This document shows positions 36,990 through 47,433 of a DNA stretch of 64,000 nt, piece after piece. The notes beneath the pieces are model-generated. The model was not told where the DNA came from. It ran no database searches and saw nothing but the letters and a program-made list of their open reading frames with translations. The DNA comes from Candidatus Liminaster caballi. Lineage in GTDB: Bacteria; Bacteroidota; Bacteroidia; Bacteroidales; UBA3663. The translations under genes were made by a program, and so were the position numbers. The stretch covers positions 2,288 to 66,287 of the forward strand of contig JAGHUA010000031.1 of NCBI GenBank assembly GCA_018065085.1, in the 5' to 3' direction. Numbering within the stretch: position 1 is the first letter of the stretch; each line of letters starts with the position of its first letter.

Positions 36990-37175
36990 TTAGAGGGCTG
37001 CTTCCTTCTCGATAGCGAGCTTGCCGCGGTAGTAACCGCACTCAGGGCAAACGGTGTGAGAAAGATGCCAGCCGCCACAGTTAGGGCATACTACGATTGC
37101 CGGAACTACGGCCTTGTCATGCGTACGGCGCTTGGCAGTACGGGTGTTTGATTGTCTTCTTTTAGGATGTGCCAT
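36990..37175 (-). CDS. rpmF: 50S ribosomal protein L32
   Basis: MAHPKRRQSNTRTAKRRTHDK followed by a CPNCG...CPECG zinc ribbon. Confidence 0.95.
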   Translation of the reverse strand: MAHPKRRQSNTRTAKRRTHDKAVVPAIVVCPNCGGWHLSHTVCPECGYYRGKLAIEKEAAL

Positions 37176-37193
37176 TGTTTTATGTTATTAAAA

Positions 37194-37754
37194 TTAATCC
37201 TTCAATTTTTTTAGTGCGCTCCAACGTGGGTCGATGTCTTCGTCTGAGACAGGGGCATCGTCGTCAAAGTCTTCGTCCCCAAAATCGACGTCCTCAGCAT
37301 CGACGGCAATGTGCTCGCGCAGCTTGCCAGCCATTCCCTTGTTGCACTGACCGAACGGATGGACATGCTTGATAGGGATTGCCAACTCGATAAACTCATA
37401 CAAGAACCAGCTGACATTGATGATGCCCTGCTCCTCAGGAACAATTACGATGTCATCGCCATCGTCCTTGAACTCCTTGCCGAGACGGACAATCAGATGT
37501 CCGGTGGTCTTGATGGGCTGATTCATATCCTCAAGGCAACGGTCGCACGGAACAACCACATAACCCTCGAGCTCGAAATTCAATTCAGACTGCTTCTGCT
37601 GCTTCTCAATGTTCACCTTGACGTTGATATCGCCTTTCTGAATATCGACATCTTCAAGCAAAGCAAAGAAATTGTTGTCGAGATGGTACTCAACAACATT
37701 CTTGCCAACAGGCATGGTCTTGAGTTGAATGTTATATAAATCGAACTTACCCAC
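37194..37754 (-). CDS. YceD/DUF177 family protein
   Basis: It occupies the conserved position upstream of rpmF. The probable start is GTG 37754 (VGKFDLYNIQLK), just downstream of a TATCTTTG box (37786-37779). The ORF-track start at 37841 lies upstream of that box. Confidence 0.8.
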   Translation of the reverse strand: MGKFDLYNIQLKTMPVGKNVVEYHLDNNFFALLEDVDIQKGDINVKVNIEKQQKQSELNFELEGYVVVPCDRCLEDMNQPIKTTGHLIVRLGKEFKDDGDDIVIVPEEQGIINVSWFLYEFIELAIPIKHVHPFGQCNKGMAGKLREHIAVDAEDVDFGDEDFDDDAPVSDEDIDPRWSALKKLKD

Positions 37755-37914
37755 CGTTATGAATGCGTTAATCGGGTGCAAAGATATATAAATTATCAAT
37801 ACGATGGCATGTTTTTGCACAACAAAATGCAAAAAAATCAATAAAAACAGCTATTTTGCATTTTAAAGGTGCTTTTTTAACGCCTAAAAGTGTTGATAAG
37901 TCGAGAAAACCGCA

Positions 37915-39159
37915 CTAAAGTTCGATGCGGAACGTCGTGCCCAATCCTACCGTGCTCGACTTGATAAAGATGCTTCCGTGATGATATTCCTCCACAATTC
38001 GCTTAACCAGGGCAAGTCCTAATCCCCAGCCTCTTTTCTTGGTCGTATAGCCAGGATTGAACACAGTATTCCATCTGTTCTTGGCTATTCCCTTGCCATT
38101 GTCTGTCACTTCAATGACCACTCCTGCACGCTTGGGCTTTCTGCCAAAGAATGAGAATGTCTGCTTTAGCCTTTCGTAATGGATGTCAATGCTGATCTGT
38201 TCCTTAGGCTTGTCCTGGGCATCGATGGCGTTCTTGCACAGGTTTTCGATGACCCACGCAAACAATGGCTTGCAGACATAGACCTCAACCGGGACGTCAG
38301 GCACAGATGCCGTGATGGATATACTCTTCGAAACACGGTTCTGCATATATTCGGCTGTACTGGTGACAACTTCGCGCAGGTCGCATTTCTCAAGCACAGG
38401 CTCACTTCCAATCTTAGAGAATCGTTCGGCAACAACACGGAGTCGCTGCACGTCCTTGTCCATCTCTGACGCAATGTCCAGACCTGAATTGTCAGATATG
38501 GAAACATCGGATGTGGTCTGTTGGTTGGCACGGAGGAACTCAACCCAACCCATAAGCGACTGGATAGGCGTGCCAAGCTGATGGGCTGTCTCCTTTGACA
38601 GACCGACCCACACCCTATTCTGTTCGGAACGCTTGCGGCTCAATAGCATGTAATAAAACAAAAGGGCGAGAACGATAACAGCCATGATCTGGACGTATGG
38701 ATAGTAATGCAACTGCTGGAGGAGTATCGACTCGTCATAGTAAAGATACTGCTTCCAATCGTCCATAATGTTTATCTCGATGAAGTTGCCTTTGTCTGTC
38801 AGCTCTGGAATCATCGACTGAAGATAGGCAATAGTGTCGCTGTCTGACACTGCCTTACCGAAACTGTAAAGAAATGGCAACTTAATATTCTTGAAACCCT
38901 GAACCGAACCATCGACCTCGGTATAGAAAACAGGAATGGTGGTGTTACTGCCAATAACCTGCCACTGCATCGACATGTCTGCATTCTGGTCGGCAAGGAT
39001 GAGTTGCTGGTATGCCTCTGCCCACAGCGCCATCTTCTCAGTCTCTTCCTGTCCAAGCGATTTGACCAAACCATTGGAAAAATAGAGGAACATGGAGATC
39101 AGCAATACTGACAGTATGAGAAATGTCCACTGAAGGGAACTCTTGAAATTCTGGTTCAT
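37915..39159 (-). CDS. Sensor histidine kinase (no adjacent response regulator)
   Basis: The H-box is HQLGTPIQSLMGW. ATPase boxes are NLCKNAIDA, DNGKGI and GWGLGLALV. It has two N-terminal TM segments. ATG 39159 is preferred because the ORF-track GTG 39195 lies inside the upstream terminator hairpin. Confidence 0.8.
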   Translation of the reverse strand: MNQNFKSSLQWTFLILSVLLISMFLYFSNGLVKSLGQEETEKMALWAEAYQQLILADQNADMSMQWQVIGSNTTIPVFYTEVDGSVQGFKNIKLPFLYSFGKAVSDSDTIAYLQSMIPELTDKGNFIEINIMDDWKQYLYYDESILLQQLHYYPYVQIMAVIVLALLFYYMLLSRKRSEQNRVWVGLSKETAHQLGTPIQSLMGWVEFLRANQQTTSDVSISDNSGLDIASEMDKDVQRLRVVAERFSKIGSEPVLEKCDLREVVTSTAEYMQNRVSKSISITASVPDVPVEVYVCKPLFAWVIENLCKNAIDAQDKPKEQISIDIHYERLKQTFSFFGRKPKRAGVVIEVTDNGKGIAKNRWNTVFNPGYTTKKRGWGLGLALVKRIVEEYHHGSIFIKSSTVGLGTTFRIEL

Positions 39160-39186
39160 AAATATTCTGTTTGTATATAAAGAAAA

Positions 39187-39220
39187 CGCAGCCACAGGCT
39201 TTTTATTGCCTATGGCTGCG
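39187..39220 (-). terminator. Terminator of the envelope operon
   Basis: 13-bp stem with one mismatch (CGCAGCCACAGGC / GCCTATGGCTGCG). On the minus strand it is followed by TTTTCTTTAT. Confidence 0.6.
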
Positions 39221-39247
39221 TATATTTAGTTGTGTTGTAACTTATTA

Positions 39248-42200
39248 TTACTTGTTCTTGCTCAAACGATACTTAACACCGAACATGGTGAAGAGGTTGA
39301 GCTTATCGCGCTTGGTTGGGATCATGTCACTGTCAGTAGTGAGCCATGTGAATCGTGGTTCAGCATAGAACGACAGCTTGTCTGTGAAGTTGTATGCGAA
39401 CTGAGCACCGAAGTTCAAGCCCATGTAGCTTGATGTGTGCATGATCTTGCTCAAGTCATGATCCTTGACTGCACCGCCTACACCACGCATTGTGTATGAG
39501 AGACCTGCAAGCAGGTTGACATCGAGATGACGTGTGTTGTCGTCATGACCATAGAGCATGTTGGTGAAGTTGAATACATAGTCAGGATCGATCGAGAGCC
39601 AGCGACCAGAACGTGGAACATCAACATTGCCACCTGCAAGCATCACACGTACACCATGAACAGGTGTTGCGTCATAGCCAAAGCCAAGCTCGAATGTTCC
39701 GCCCTTGACATCAAACATACCGACACCGCCCTGAACATAATAATCTGATTTCTCAGTCAGCTCAGCCTTCTTTGATGACAGGTCATACTGGATACCAAGC
39801 TGTGCTGTGACAGGAAGTGATGATGGGTTGGCGTTAACAAGATGTGAACGCATTTCGAGGAGAGCCCAGGCATTGTTGAAGACGCGATACTGAACCTGAG
39901 CAGCTGCTGTAGGACCGAATGTACGCTTCTTGCTTGTCTCGCCACGCAGACGACCGATTTCACCACCGGCAGAGAGAACAACGTTCAAGCGATTCTCGTA
40001 GTAGTCATAACGAGGGTTGAACATGTTAATGGCATTGATGCCAATCTCACCGCGTATGCCGAAGTAATCAATGTCGTTGCGGCGCTTTGAAATGCGATGG
40101 TTGTCAGCAAAGACACTACCCTGAACATTGAAGAGCTTGTTAAGACGATAGCCAAGTCGATAGTCGAAATCAACAAAGCGACCATTACCATTGGTCTTTC
40201 TGCCATCGATAGAGAACATCTGACCGCCAAGGAGGAACTGAGCATAGAGACGATCGATAGGCATGTTGAGGTTAGCCTCATGGATTGATCTACGGTTAAA
40301 GCGATAAGCAATACCGCCAAGAGCCTCAATACGAGAAGCGTAGTCATGACTCAATACTACACGTGGCTCGCCGAAGAGATCCCAGTACTCGTTGATATGC
40401 CATGCAAGCTGTGCACCTGCATCGAAGCCCCAATGCATATCCCAGTTGCTTGTGCGGATACCTGAAATGGCTGTTAATGGACCAGCGAACAGGCTGAAGT
40501 CGAAGCGACGGTATGGGTTGAAACCAAGAACCTCATTGGTGATATTGTGCATATACTCAAGAGATACCTCTGGAGTGTAGCGACGGAGATCGGCTGTCTG
40601 TGTGTAGTTGCGTACGTATATAAATGAACCGCGTGCACGTACAGACGAGTAGTTGTTGATGTGCATACCGATACCGAAGTGACCGGCTGGGTCAATGTGA
40701 TTAACAACACCACCCTTGCGTCCGCCAGGAGCGAAACTCAAACCGAGGGCTGCGTCCATAAACCATGTGCGGTGATCATCGATATCTGTAGGCATGTAAC
40801 CAAGACGTGGCAGGAGTCCGCGCTGGTTGTAGAAGATAACACCTGCATAGATATCGGCATGCTCCTTGCGATTCTTTGGAGTGAAGAATGTCTCGGCACG
40901 TGGCTCAACCATCACGTCGATATTGTCAGTGACTGAATAAGAAGCCTGGAGACCGCCCTCGAAACCAACACCGATAGTCTTCTTCTGTGTTGCGGAAAGA
41001 AGGTTCTGTGGTGAGAATGTAGGACCGGCAAAAGCACGGAGGTTGAAACGACGATATGGATCAACACCATACCAGAGGTTCAACAGGTTAGCCATATAGT
41101 CAACACCGAGGGTTACATCATATTTGCCATAAGACTTACCCTGCCATGAACGAGGCTGCTTGTGCTCATGCATTACGCGATTCCAAATGGCAGGAGTTGC
41201 ATCTGTCACATTGTTGATCCAGAACATACCGTTGAGACGGAATGAAGAAACCGGATTGAAACGATATCCAACAGCCAGCTTGCCTGTAAAGTCAGGATGC
41301 TTGAATGCATTCTTGATGCCCTGACGGTTGGAAGCAACCTGCGCGCCAAGACCTGGAGCAACCTCCATGAACCATGTGTTAGCATGCTGCTTAAGGCTGT
41401 CACGATACTGCTCGTTGAGTTCACGCCACTGATAAAGCTTGACACCGGTCATAAGATCCCAGCGAGGATACTGCTTTGAATTGATCTCATAACGAGGCTC
41501 AACAAAGACATCAAGACCAGGAAGGATACGACGTGTGAACTGGGCACCAAATTCAGCACCAGCACTCATTGATTTGAAGAAATTCTTCATGTCTGATGTC
41601 TGGCGTGGATGAACCTGAAGTGTTGGACCGGCAAAGAGATAGATGTCAGACCAACGTGTGCCGGTTACGTCATTGCCCCACCAGAGATTGGTGAGATTGA
41701 ACATATAGTCGGCACCGATTCTGGTGTTCCACTTATACTGATGCAGATAAGAGAAGTTACGCTGACCGATAAGCGAACCGCGAACACGGACTCCATGGAA
41801 ATCATTGATATTCATACCGACAGCAGCAGCAACCTGAGGAGCAAGACCATTGCGGAATGCCTCACCCCAGTGGAGAGGATGACCTGCACCAATTCCTGCC
41901 TCGAAGAACCACCGGTTAGTCATGTCGAGACGTTCAATAGAACGAGCCTCATGTGTGTCGTACTTCTTCCAGCGGGCATAGCGATCAAAGCTGCTTACAT
42001 AATATTCCATACCGGCAGCTGTTGAGAACATAGCCTCATGGATACGTTCGCCGTCAGCACCTGTAATACCTGGCTCATAGTCATACTTATAACCAGGATT
42101 AGAGATACGACCCTCAACAAACAGAGCATAGTGGTCAGAGAGGAAATACTTCAACTGTGAACCAATTGTAATGCCGAGGAATGGCGCTGTGAAGGTGTGA

Positions 42201-43363
42201 TTATCATTGCGATTGTTGAAAGCCTGACCGTGCTTACGGATCTGGCCTGCCTCGAAACCGCCTGACACTTCCCAACCGATACGGCCGATATAAGGCTTAT
42301 CGCCAAAGATTGACAATGGGTTGAAGATAAGTTCACCACGTGCACCACGCAGAGTCTGATAACGATAACCGCGATTAGCCACACGACGTGTTGTCATACC
42401 AATACCGGCAATATTCTCGAAATAACCGAGACGGGCAGCAACTGATGGGTTGAACCATACACCACCACCGAAACCGAAGTTGAGATGACGGCGACCCTTT
42501 GGCTTAAGACCATCGTATGTGAATGAAGATGCATCATTACGGGCAAGACCTGCATAAGTCTGGAAGAAAGAGTTAGCCAAAAGGCCACCATCTTCGTCGA
42601 GCACATCCATCTGAGGCTTAGTCAGACGGAAATAGAGACCGATGAGGGCATTCATGCCAGGATCAACGTCATGGAACGAAGTACGCTTGTCGTAATTGTC
42701 AGAATAGATGGTAAACTGAGGCTCGATGAAGAAACTCATGTTGTTTGCAATATTCTTACGATACTGCAAGCCCATGGCAGCAGCCACGAATATGTCATGA
42801 CCAGAGACCATGCCGCCCTTACCACCCATGGTGAGCAACCACTCGTTCTTACGATGGAGGTCGTAGCCATAATAGGTGTTAGAGATGTTCCACACATAGT
42901 CAAGGGCAAGGTTCATACGTTTCAGATTGCTGTATTGAGCAGTTTGAACCTGCGAATAGTTCAATCCGAGACGCACGGCACTTGACTTTGTGAAGTCCTT
43001 GCTTACTGCAATACCAAGACCTTTGACACTGGTTGGAATACGATGACCAAGTGCGTCGTTGATACGACCCAGACCAGTATAGCTTGAAGCAGGCCAAAGC
43101 ACGTCCGGGTTCCAGTAGAACATAAGTCCCCAGCCATCATACCAATGATCAAGATTCACCTCGTCAACATCTGGATCTCTATACAGATAACGAACCAAAT
43201 AGTTAGGTACATCCAGATCGATGACACCGTTAGCGCTCACCGCACTGGTAGCAGTCTCATCTGATGTTTCATCAGACACTGTGGCTGCCTGGGCCTCGCT
43301 CATTGAGAGTGAAGCTGCCAGGATAGCACAGCTGACTGCAATGTATTTAGTTAAATTGTTCAT
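39248..43363 (-). CDS. Giant outer-membrane protein with seven tandem small beta-barrel-like repeats, ~1371 aa
   Basis: It has a signal peptide (AILAASLSMSEAQA). Seven ~160-190-aa repeats each carry a DY[VM]xN[IL][ST]N-type motif and an [FV]xEPR-type motif, within alternating Gly/aromatic strand-like segments. ATG 43363 overlaps the upstream stop (TGATG). Confidence 0.75.
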   Translation of the reverse strand: MNNLTKYIAVSCAILAASLSMSEAQAATVSDETSDETATSAVSANGVIDLDVPNYLVRYLYRDPDVDEVNLDHWYDGWGLMFYWNPDVLWPASSYTGLGRINDALGHRIPTSVKGLGIAVSKDFTKSSAVRLGLNYSQVQTAQYSNLKRMNLALDYVWNISNTYYGYDLHRKNEWLLTMGGKGGMVSGHDIFVAAAMGLQYRKNIANNMSFFIEPQFTIYSDNYDKRTSFHDVDPGMNALIGLYFRLTKPQMDVLDEDGGLLANSFFQTYAGLARNDASSFTYDGLKPKGRRHLNFGFGGGVWFNPSVAARLGYFENIAGIGMTTRRVANRGYRYQTLRGARGELIFNPLSIFGDKPYIGRIGWEVSGGFEAGQIRKHGQAFNNRNDNHTFTAPFLGITIGSQLKYFLSDHYALFVEGRISNPGYKYDYEPGITGADGERIHEAMFSTAAGMEYYVSSFDRYARWKKYDTHEARSIERLDMTNRWFFEAGIGAGHPLHWGEAFRNGLAPQVAAAVGMNINDFHGVRVRGSLIGQRNFSYLHQYKWNTRIGADYMFNLTNLWWGNDVTGTRWSDIYLFAGPTLQVHPRQTSDMKNFFKSMSAGAEFGAQFTRRILPGLDVFVEPRYEINSKQYPRWDLMTGVKLYQWRELNEQYRDSLKQHANTWFMEVAPGLGAQVASNRQGIKNAFKHPDFTGKLAVGYRFNPVSSFRLNGMFWINNVTDATPAIWNRVMHEHKQPRSWQGKSYGKYDVTLGVDYMANLLNLWYGVDPYRRFNLRAFAGPTFSPQNLLSATQKKTIGVGFEGGLQASYSVTDNIDVMVEPRAETFFTPKNRKEHADIYAGVIFYNQRGLLPRLGYMPTDIDDHRTWFMDAALGLSFAPGGRKGGVVNHIDPAGHFGIGMHINNYSSVRARGSFIYVRNYTQTADLRRYTPEVSLEYMHNITNEVLGFNPYRRFDFSLFAGPLTAISGIRTSNWDMHWGFDAGAQLAWHINEYWDLFGEPRVVLSHDYASRIEALGGIAYRFNRRSIHEANLNMPIDRLYAQFLLGGQMFSIDGRKTNGNGRFVDFDYRLGYRLNKLFNVQGSVFADNHRISKRRNDIDYFGIRGEIGINAINMFNPRYDYYENRLNVVLSAGGEIGRLRGETSKKRTFGPTAAAQVQYRVFNNAWALLEMRSHLVNANPSSLPVTAQLGIQYDLSSKKAELTEKSDYYVQGGVGMFDVKGGTFELGFGYDATPVHGVRVMLAGGNVDVPRSGRWLSIDPDYVFNFTNMLYGHDDNTRHLDVNLLAGLSYTMRGVGGAVKDHDLSKIMHTSSYMGLNFGAQFAYNFTDKLSFYAEPRFTWLTTDSDMIPTKRDKLNLFTMFGVKYRLSKNK

Positions 43364-46300
43364 CACTTATTCTCGTTAGTCAAATAATCATTAATGTATG
43401 CTTCAACAGCCTCAAGATAGATGTCAAATCCATTAGACATGTTCTTCTGAGTACGATAGATACCGCGAATGTAGCTATCACCCTGACAACGTCCGATGAA
43501 TGTTGCGTTCTCATCAGTCTTAAAGAGTTCTACCAATGCCTCAACAGCCTTAGAGTAGTGTTCGTTCTTCTGGTCGAGATCCTTAAGGATACCCTCAGCA
43601 TAACGAGCCTCGGTAACAGCTGTGAAGTAGTTGCAGGCAGCACGATATGCAGGAACCTCCTCAGCCTCCTTCTTAAGGTCGGACAGACGGCTGTAGCAGT
43701 TGCGGAAGCAATCAACCATGCGTTCGTTAGAATAGCTGCCACCATCCTGCTGCAGGAGCTGGTTGGCAATAGACATGTTCACAACGTAGTAGTTCACAAC
43801 AGATGTCTGTGCGATGCTCTCAGCCAGACGCTCGTCGGTAAGGAAGTCGCTGGTGTAGCACTTGAGATAATCCTGAAGTGACTTACGTGCGTACTTCTTA
43901 TCGAATGCCTCGCTTGTGGTAGGAGACTGCATCAGGAACTGGATGAGTACATCGGCCTCACGGAGAGAGTTCTGATCACCCTTGCCAAGCAGACTCAGGA
44001 TCTGGTTGTAGAGGATGAAATCGGCATTGATATACTTCCAAACCTTGGTCTCGCCCTTATAGCTTGTATAGCGGGCTGAGTTACCACGCTGACTGCGTTC
44101 CTCAGCATCAATATAAGGAGCAAGAATCTCAGTGTTGTAGATCTTATAGTTGATACTGTCAGTAACAAGGAGAGTAGCAGCCATTGGCAATACGAGATCG
44201 AAATAATCGTCGTATGAACGCCAGTTGTTATTGCGTGTGAAGTTCTTTACACGCTGCTCCTTGAATTCGAGGAGGAACTTAGAAATACCGAGCTTCTCTT
44301 CCTTGGTCAGTTTATCTGTAGTAAGCATTGTCCAATAGTAGAAGGCATCGCACATACGGAGGTCACCACCGCTGCGATAGTACTTGACAACCATCTCCTC
44401 TGTAGGATCCTGAATATCCTGATAGAAGAAACGAACCTCAGTACGACGCAGTTCATTGAGAACTTCCTCAATCTTGGCATTCGAACCGTTAGTATAGCCG
44501 ATAGCGCTCTGGATGCTCTCGTAAGCAGTGTTATTCTCACAAGCTGTGCGAATCTTCTGTACGAGTTCGGCATTGCCAACAGAATCCTTTGCCCAAAGGA
44601 TATCGGCAACTTCTGACCAAGGAGCAACCTGGCCATGTGATACGATACGTGGACTCTGACCACCCATTCGGCCAATCTCACCTGAGATCCAGTTACCGAG
44701 TGACTGAGCACGCTGGTAAGAGAGTTCCTGGTTTCGCTGGAAACCACCTTCAGGAGAAGAAACACCGAGTACCATTACCGAGTCGATACGACGGCGGCTT
44801 GTTCCGTTCTCGTCGTCAACCCAGAGAATATCGTCAACAGTGCCGCTGATATAAGCGAGCAGTGAGTCATTCTTACCAAGGTGACGGTCGATAGCCGAGC
44901 TTGCCTTTGCAAACTGGAGACGAGCCGAACGGTCAACTGTATGAACCTCACGTGTAGAAGATATAGGCTTCATGTCGTCAACCGTATTGTTTGGAAGAAG
45001 CGGAGGACAATCGAACGAAGCTGCACCAGCACCGATGGTGAGGAACATGAGAGGAGTAGCGCGGTCGCAAGGACACTCTACTGTAGATGTGGTATCAACA
45101 TGTATGAAATCATGTGTATAGTTACGGTGAACCATACGATAATACTTGTTGATGTTAGGCATCTTGAACTCCCAGTTGTAGTTTGTACGCTTAGGCTCTG
45201 GCTCAAGGAATATGTTAACCTCGCTGAGATCCTGAACGTTCTGCACATCGAAGATCTTTTCGAACTCATCCATGAATGAGAATGAGTTGACACGTACCTT
45301 ATAGATTGAGTCAACGTTGTTGGCTGAAAGAATGGTAGCACGACCCTTCTCCTGCATGACATTGAATGCTGAGTCACGGAGAGCAAGGATTGAAGAGTTC
45401 TTCACCTGATAGTAAACGCTGTCAGTTGGGTTGGCAACGACATCGGTGTATGTGCTGATCCAACCGTCGATGAACTGATCAGAACTGAGACGTGGTGTGC
45501 GGTGAGCAATGTTATGACCACGTTCAACATAACGCGATAACTGACCGAAGAGAGCCGAATCAACCTCAAGAGTATAAATCTTAGACTCATTAACCTCAAG
45601 AGGACGACCGCCATCAGCAGGAAGGTCAATATGCTGGCGACGTGCATAACCGAGCAAACCGTTCTTGATCGATTCGAAGTCCTTATACTGGCATGCAGTA
45701 TTCCAGAGTGAATGATCAAGGTCGAATGACACTGTATCAGGATCAACAATCTTAAAGTCACGGGCACCCATCTGAGCTGCAAGAATCTCGTTCGTACGCA
45801 GACGGTAGTACTCCATTGTGTCGCGAGTCATCACACCGGCAGTACGACGGTAGAGTGAATGCTGGAACTTCTCGCCTGCAAACACGAATGGAATCTGGCG
45901 GAAGAGCGAGTCAGCATCCTCCTCATGACCAAGGATCTTATAGGCAAGAGACTTAGCCTCATCATTGCCTGCAAAGTCATTCTGAACGCGAACCAGATCC
46001 TCAACGAATGTACATGGCTCAACCACACGGTCGATAACCAGACGCTGGTTAGTCTTACCCTTGACCTCAATGTTCTCATTGATTGGCAGGTTAGAACCCT
46101 TTACAATGGTTGAGCGACGGATCTTACCGGTCTTCATCTTGGCAGACGTAGCCTGCTCAGCCAACTCACGGGCACCCTTATAATAGATGCATGCACGTGT
46201 GTCAGTACTGTTGTTATTCAGAATTGGCTCGATATTATGCTTCTCATACGAACCCTTGCTATCGTGATATACAACCAAAGCAACGCTGTATGGAGTCAAC

Positions 46301-46749
46301 TGATCCATAGAGTTCTCAATCCAGTAGTCGATGAGAGGCTTGAAATCGTTATACAACTCCTCTGCAATCCAGTTGGCCTCAGAGATTGAGAACACACCGT
46401 CACGGTCAGGATGGAGCAGATACTGCTTCTCCTCATAGTGCTGGATGTAGGCATTCAACTTAGCTGTCTTGGCATTGTCACGCTGGTACTGAATCAAGGA
46501 GTCAGCACCGACAGAGAACATCACATATACCTTCAGACCTTCAAGACCTGCACCTGTGAAGTGATCAATACCAAGCTTAATTTCGCCATCTAAGAGTTCC
46601 AGACTTGAGTTCTCGTCAGACGTAGCGTCCATGATGCGGAACTTCTTGTCAGGAAGCGATGACTGGGCGAAGGCTGGAACTATCTCGAAACAGCTCAAGA
46701 CAGCAACCATAGCCACAAGGCATATATTATTTATTATACGCTTCAACAT
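43363..46749 (-). CDS. Secreted 1128-aa protein with an internal OmpA-C-like peptidoglycan-binding motif
   Basis: It has a signal peptide (MVAVLSCFEIVPAFAQ). VLGVSSPEGGFQRNQELSYQRAQSLGNWI resembles the OmpA_C/DUF3868-type SPEG...N..LS..RA motif. The rest is unassigned. Confidence 0.7.
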   Translation of the reverse strand: MLKRIINNICLVAMVAVLSCFEIVPAFAQSSLPDKKFRIMDATSDENSSLELLDGEIKLGIDHFTGAGLEGLKVYVMFSVGADSLIQYQRDNAKTAKLNAYIQHYEEKQYLLHPDRDGVFSISEANWIAEELYNDFKPLIDYWIENSMDQLTPYSVALVVYHDSKGSYEKHNIEPILNNNSTDTRACIYYKGARELAEQATSAKMKTGKIRRSTIVKGSNLPINENIEVKGKTNQRLVIDRVVEPCTFVEDLVRVQNDFAGNDEAKSLAYKILGHEEDADSLFRQIPFVFAGEKFQHSLYRRTAGVMTRDTMEYYRLRTNEILAAQMGARDFKIVDPDTVSFDLDHSLWNTACQYKDFESIKNGLLGYARRQHIDLPADGGRPLEVNESKIYTLEVDSALFGQLSRYVERGHNIAHRTPRLSSDQFIDGWISTYTDVVANPTDSVYYQVKNSSILALRDSAFNVMQEKGRATILSANNVDSIYKVRVNSFSFMDEFEKIFDVQNVQDLSEVNIFLEPEPKRTNYNWEFKMPNINKYYRMVHRNYTHDFIHVDTTSTVECPCDRATPLMFLTIGAGAASFDCPPLLPNNTVDDMKPISSTREVHTVDRSARLQFAKASSAIDRHLGKNDSLLAYISGTVDDILWVDDENGTSRRRIDSVMVLGVSSPEGGFQRNQELSYQRAQSLGNWISGEIGRMGGQSPRIVSHGQVAPWSEVADILWAKDSVGNAELVQKIRTACENNTAYESIQSAIGYTNGSNAKIEEVLNELRRTEVRFFYQDIQDPTEEMVVKYYRSGGDLRMCDAFYYWTMLTTDKLTKEEKLGISKFLLEFKEQRVKNFTRNNNWRSYDDYFDLVLPMAATLLVTDSINYKIYNTEILAPYIDAEERSQRGNSARYTSYKGETKVWKYINADFILYNQILSLLGKGDQNSLREADVLIQFLMQSPTTSEAFDKKYARKSLQDYLKCYTSDFLTDERLAESIAQTSVVNYYVVNMSIANQLLQQDGGSYSNERMVDCFRNCYSRLSDLKKEAEEVPAYRAACNYFTAVTEARYAEGILKDLDQKNEHYSKAVEALVELFKTDENATFIGRCQGDSYIRGIYRTQKNMSNGFDIYLEAVEAYINDYLTNENK

Positions 46750-46763
46750 ACCTTATTTCCTTA

Positions 46764-47408
46764 TTATTTTAAAATGTATGTGATATTCACTCCGACGTTA
46801 GTGGTTGAGAAGTCACAATTGTGCGAAACTTCAGGTCCTCTGTAAGAGTAGCCTTTCTTCGACAGTTCACTTCCGTTTCTTACAGAACACTGGTTGTTCG
46901 AGAAAATCCAACCAGCACCGTAACAAAACTCCACGCTGAGCTTATGATTCAATGGCAAACTGTAGCCGAAGTTGAAACCAACAGGCAGAGCCACACCATC
47001 GTGCATAACCTTTACTTTCTTGTATTCCGTCTTATTGGTAGCTTTGTTAAGCAGATTCATGCCATGATTCAACCTCATGTTGTAATGAAGAGGAGTGGCC
47101 TGAAGACCAATAAAGAAATTTTCGTACGGCTGATGAGAGAACCAATAACGCATCTCAACCTGACCTGCCATGATTTCAGTATGACGGATGTATGAAGGGA
47201 AACCTTCAAAACTACCTACACCTGGCACAGTACCAATAAGGTTGACGTTAAATGACAGATATTCGTTAAGAACGAAATCAATACCGATATTCGGTGCACA
47301 TACAAGCCATTCAGCAGCATTTGTACGAAGTGCAAAGCTCTGAGCCTTAGCCGACTGTACGCTACATAAGCATACAATTCCCAATATTAATGACAATATC
47401 TTTTTCAT
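46764..47408 (-). CDS. DUF3575 outer-membrane beta-barrel protein, 214 aa
   Basis: It has a signal peptide. FALRTNAAEWLVCAPNIGIDFVL and QVEMRYWF fit the DUF3575 pattern. Confidence 0.75.
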   Translation of the reverse strand: MKKILSLILGIVCLCSVQSAKAQSFALRTNAAEWLVCAPNIGIDFVLNEYLSFNVNLIGTVPGVGSFEGFPSYIRHTEIMAGQVEMRYWFSHQPYENFFIGLQATPLHYNMRLNHGMNLLNKATNKTEYKKVKVMHDGVALPVGFNFGYSLPLNHKLSVEFCYGAGWIFSNNQCSVRNGSELSKKGYSYRGPEVSHNCDFSTTNVGVNITYILK

Positions 47409-47433
47409 CTTTATTGAAATTCTTTAGAAATGC

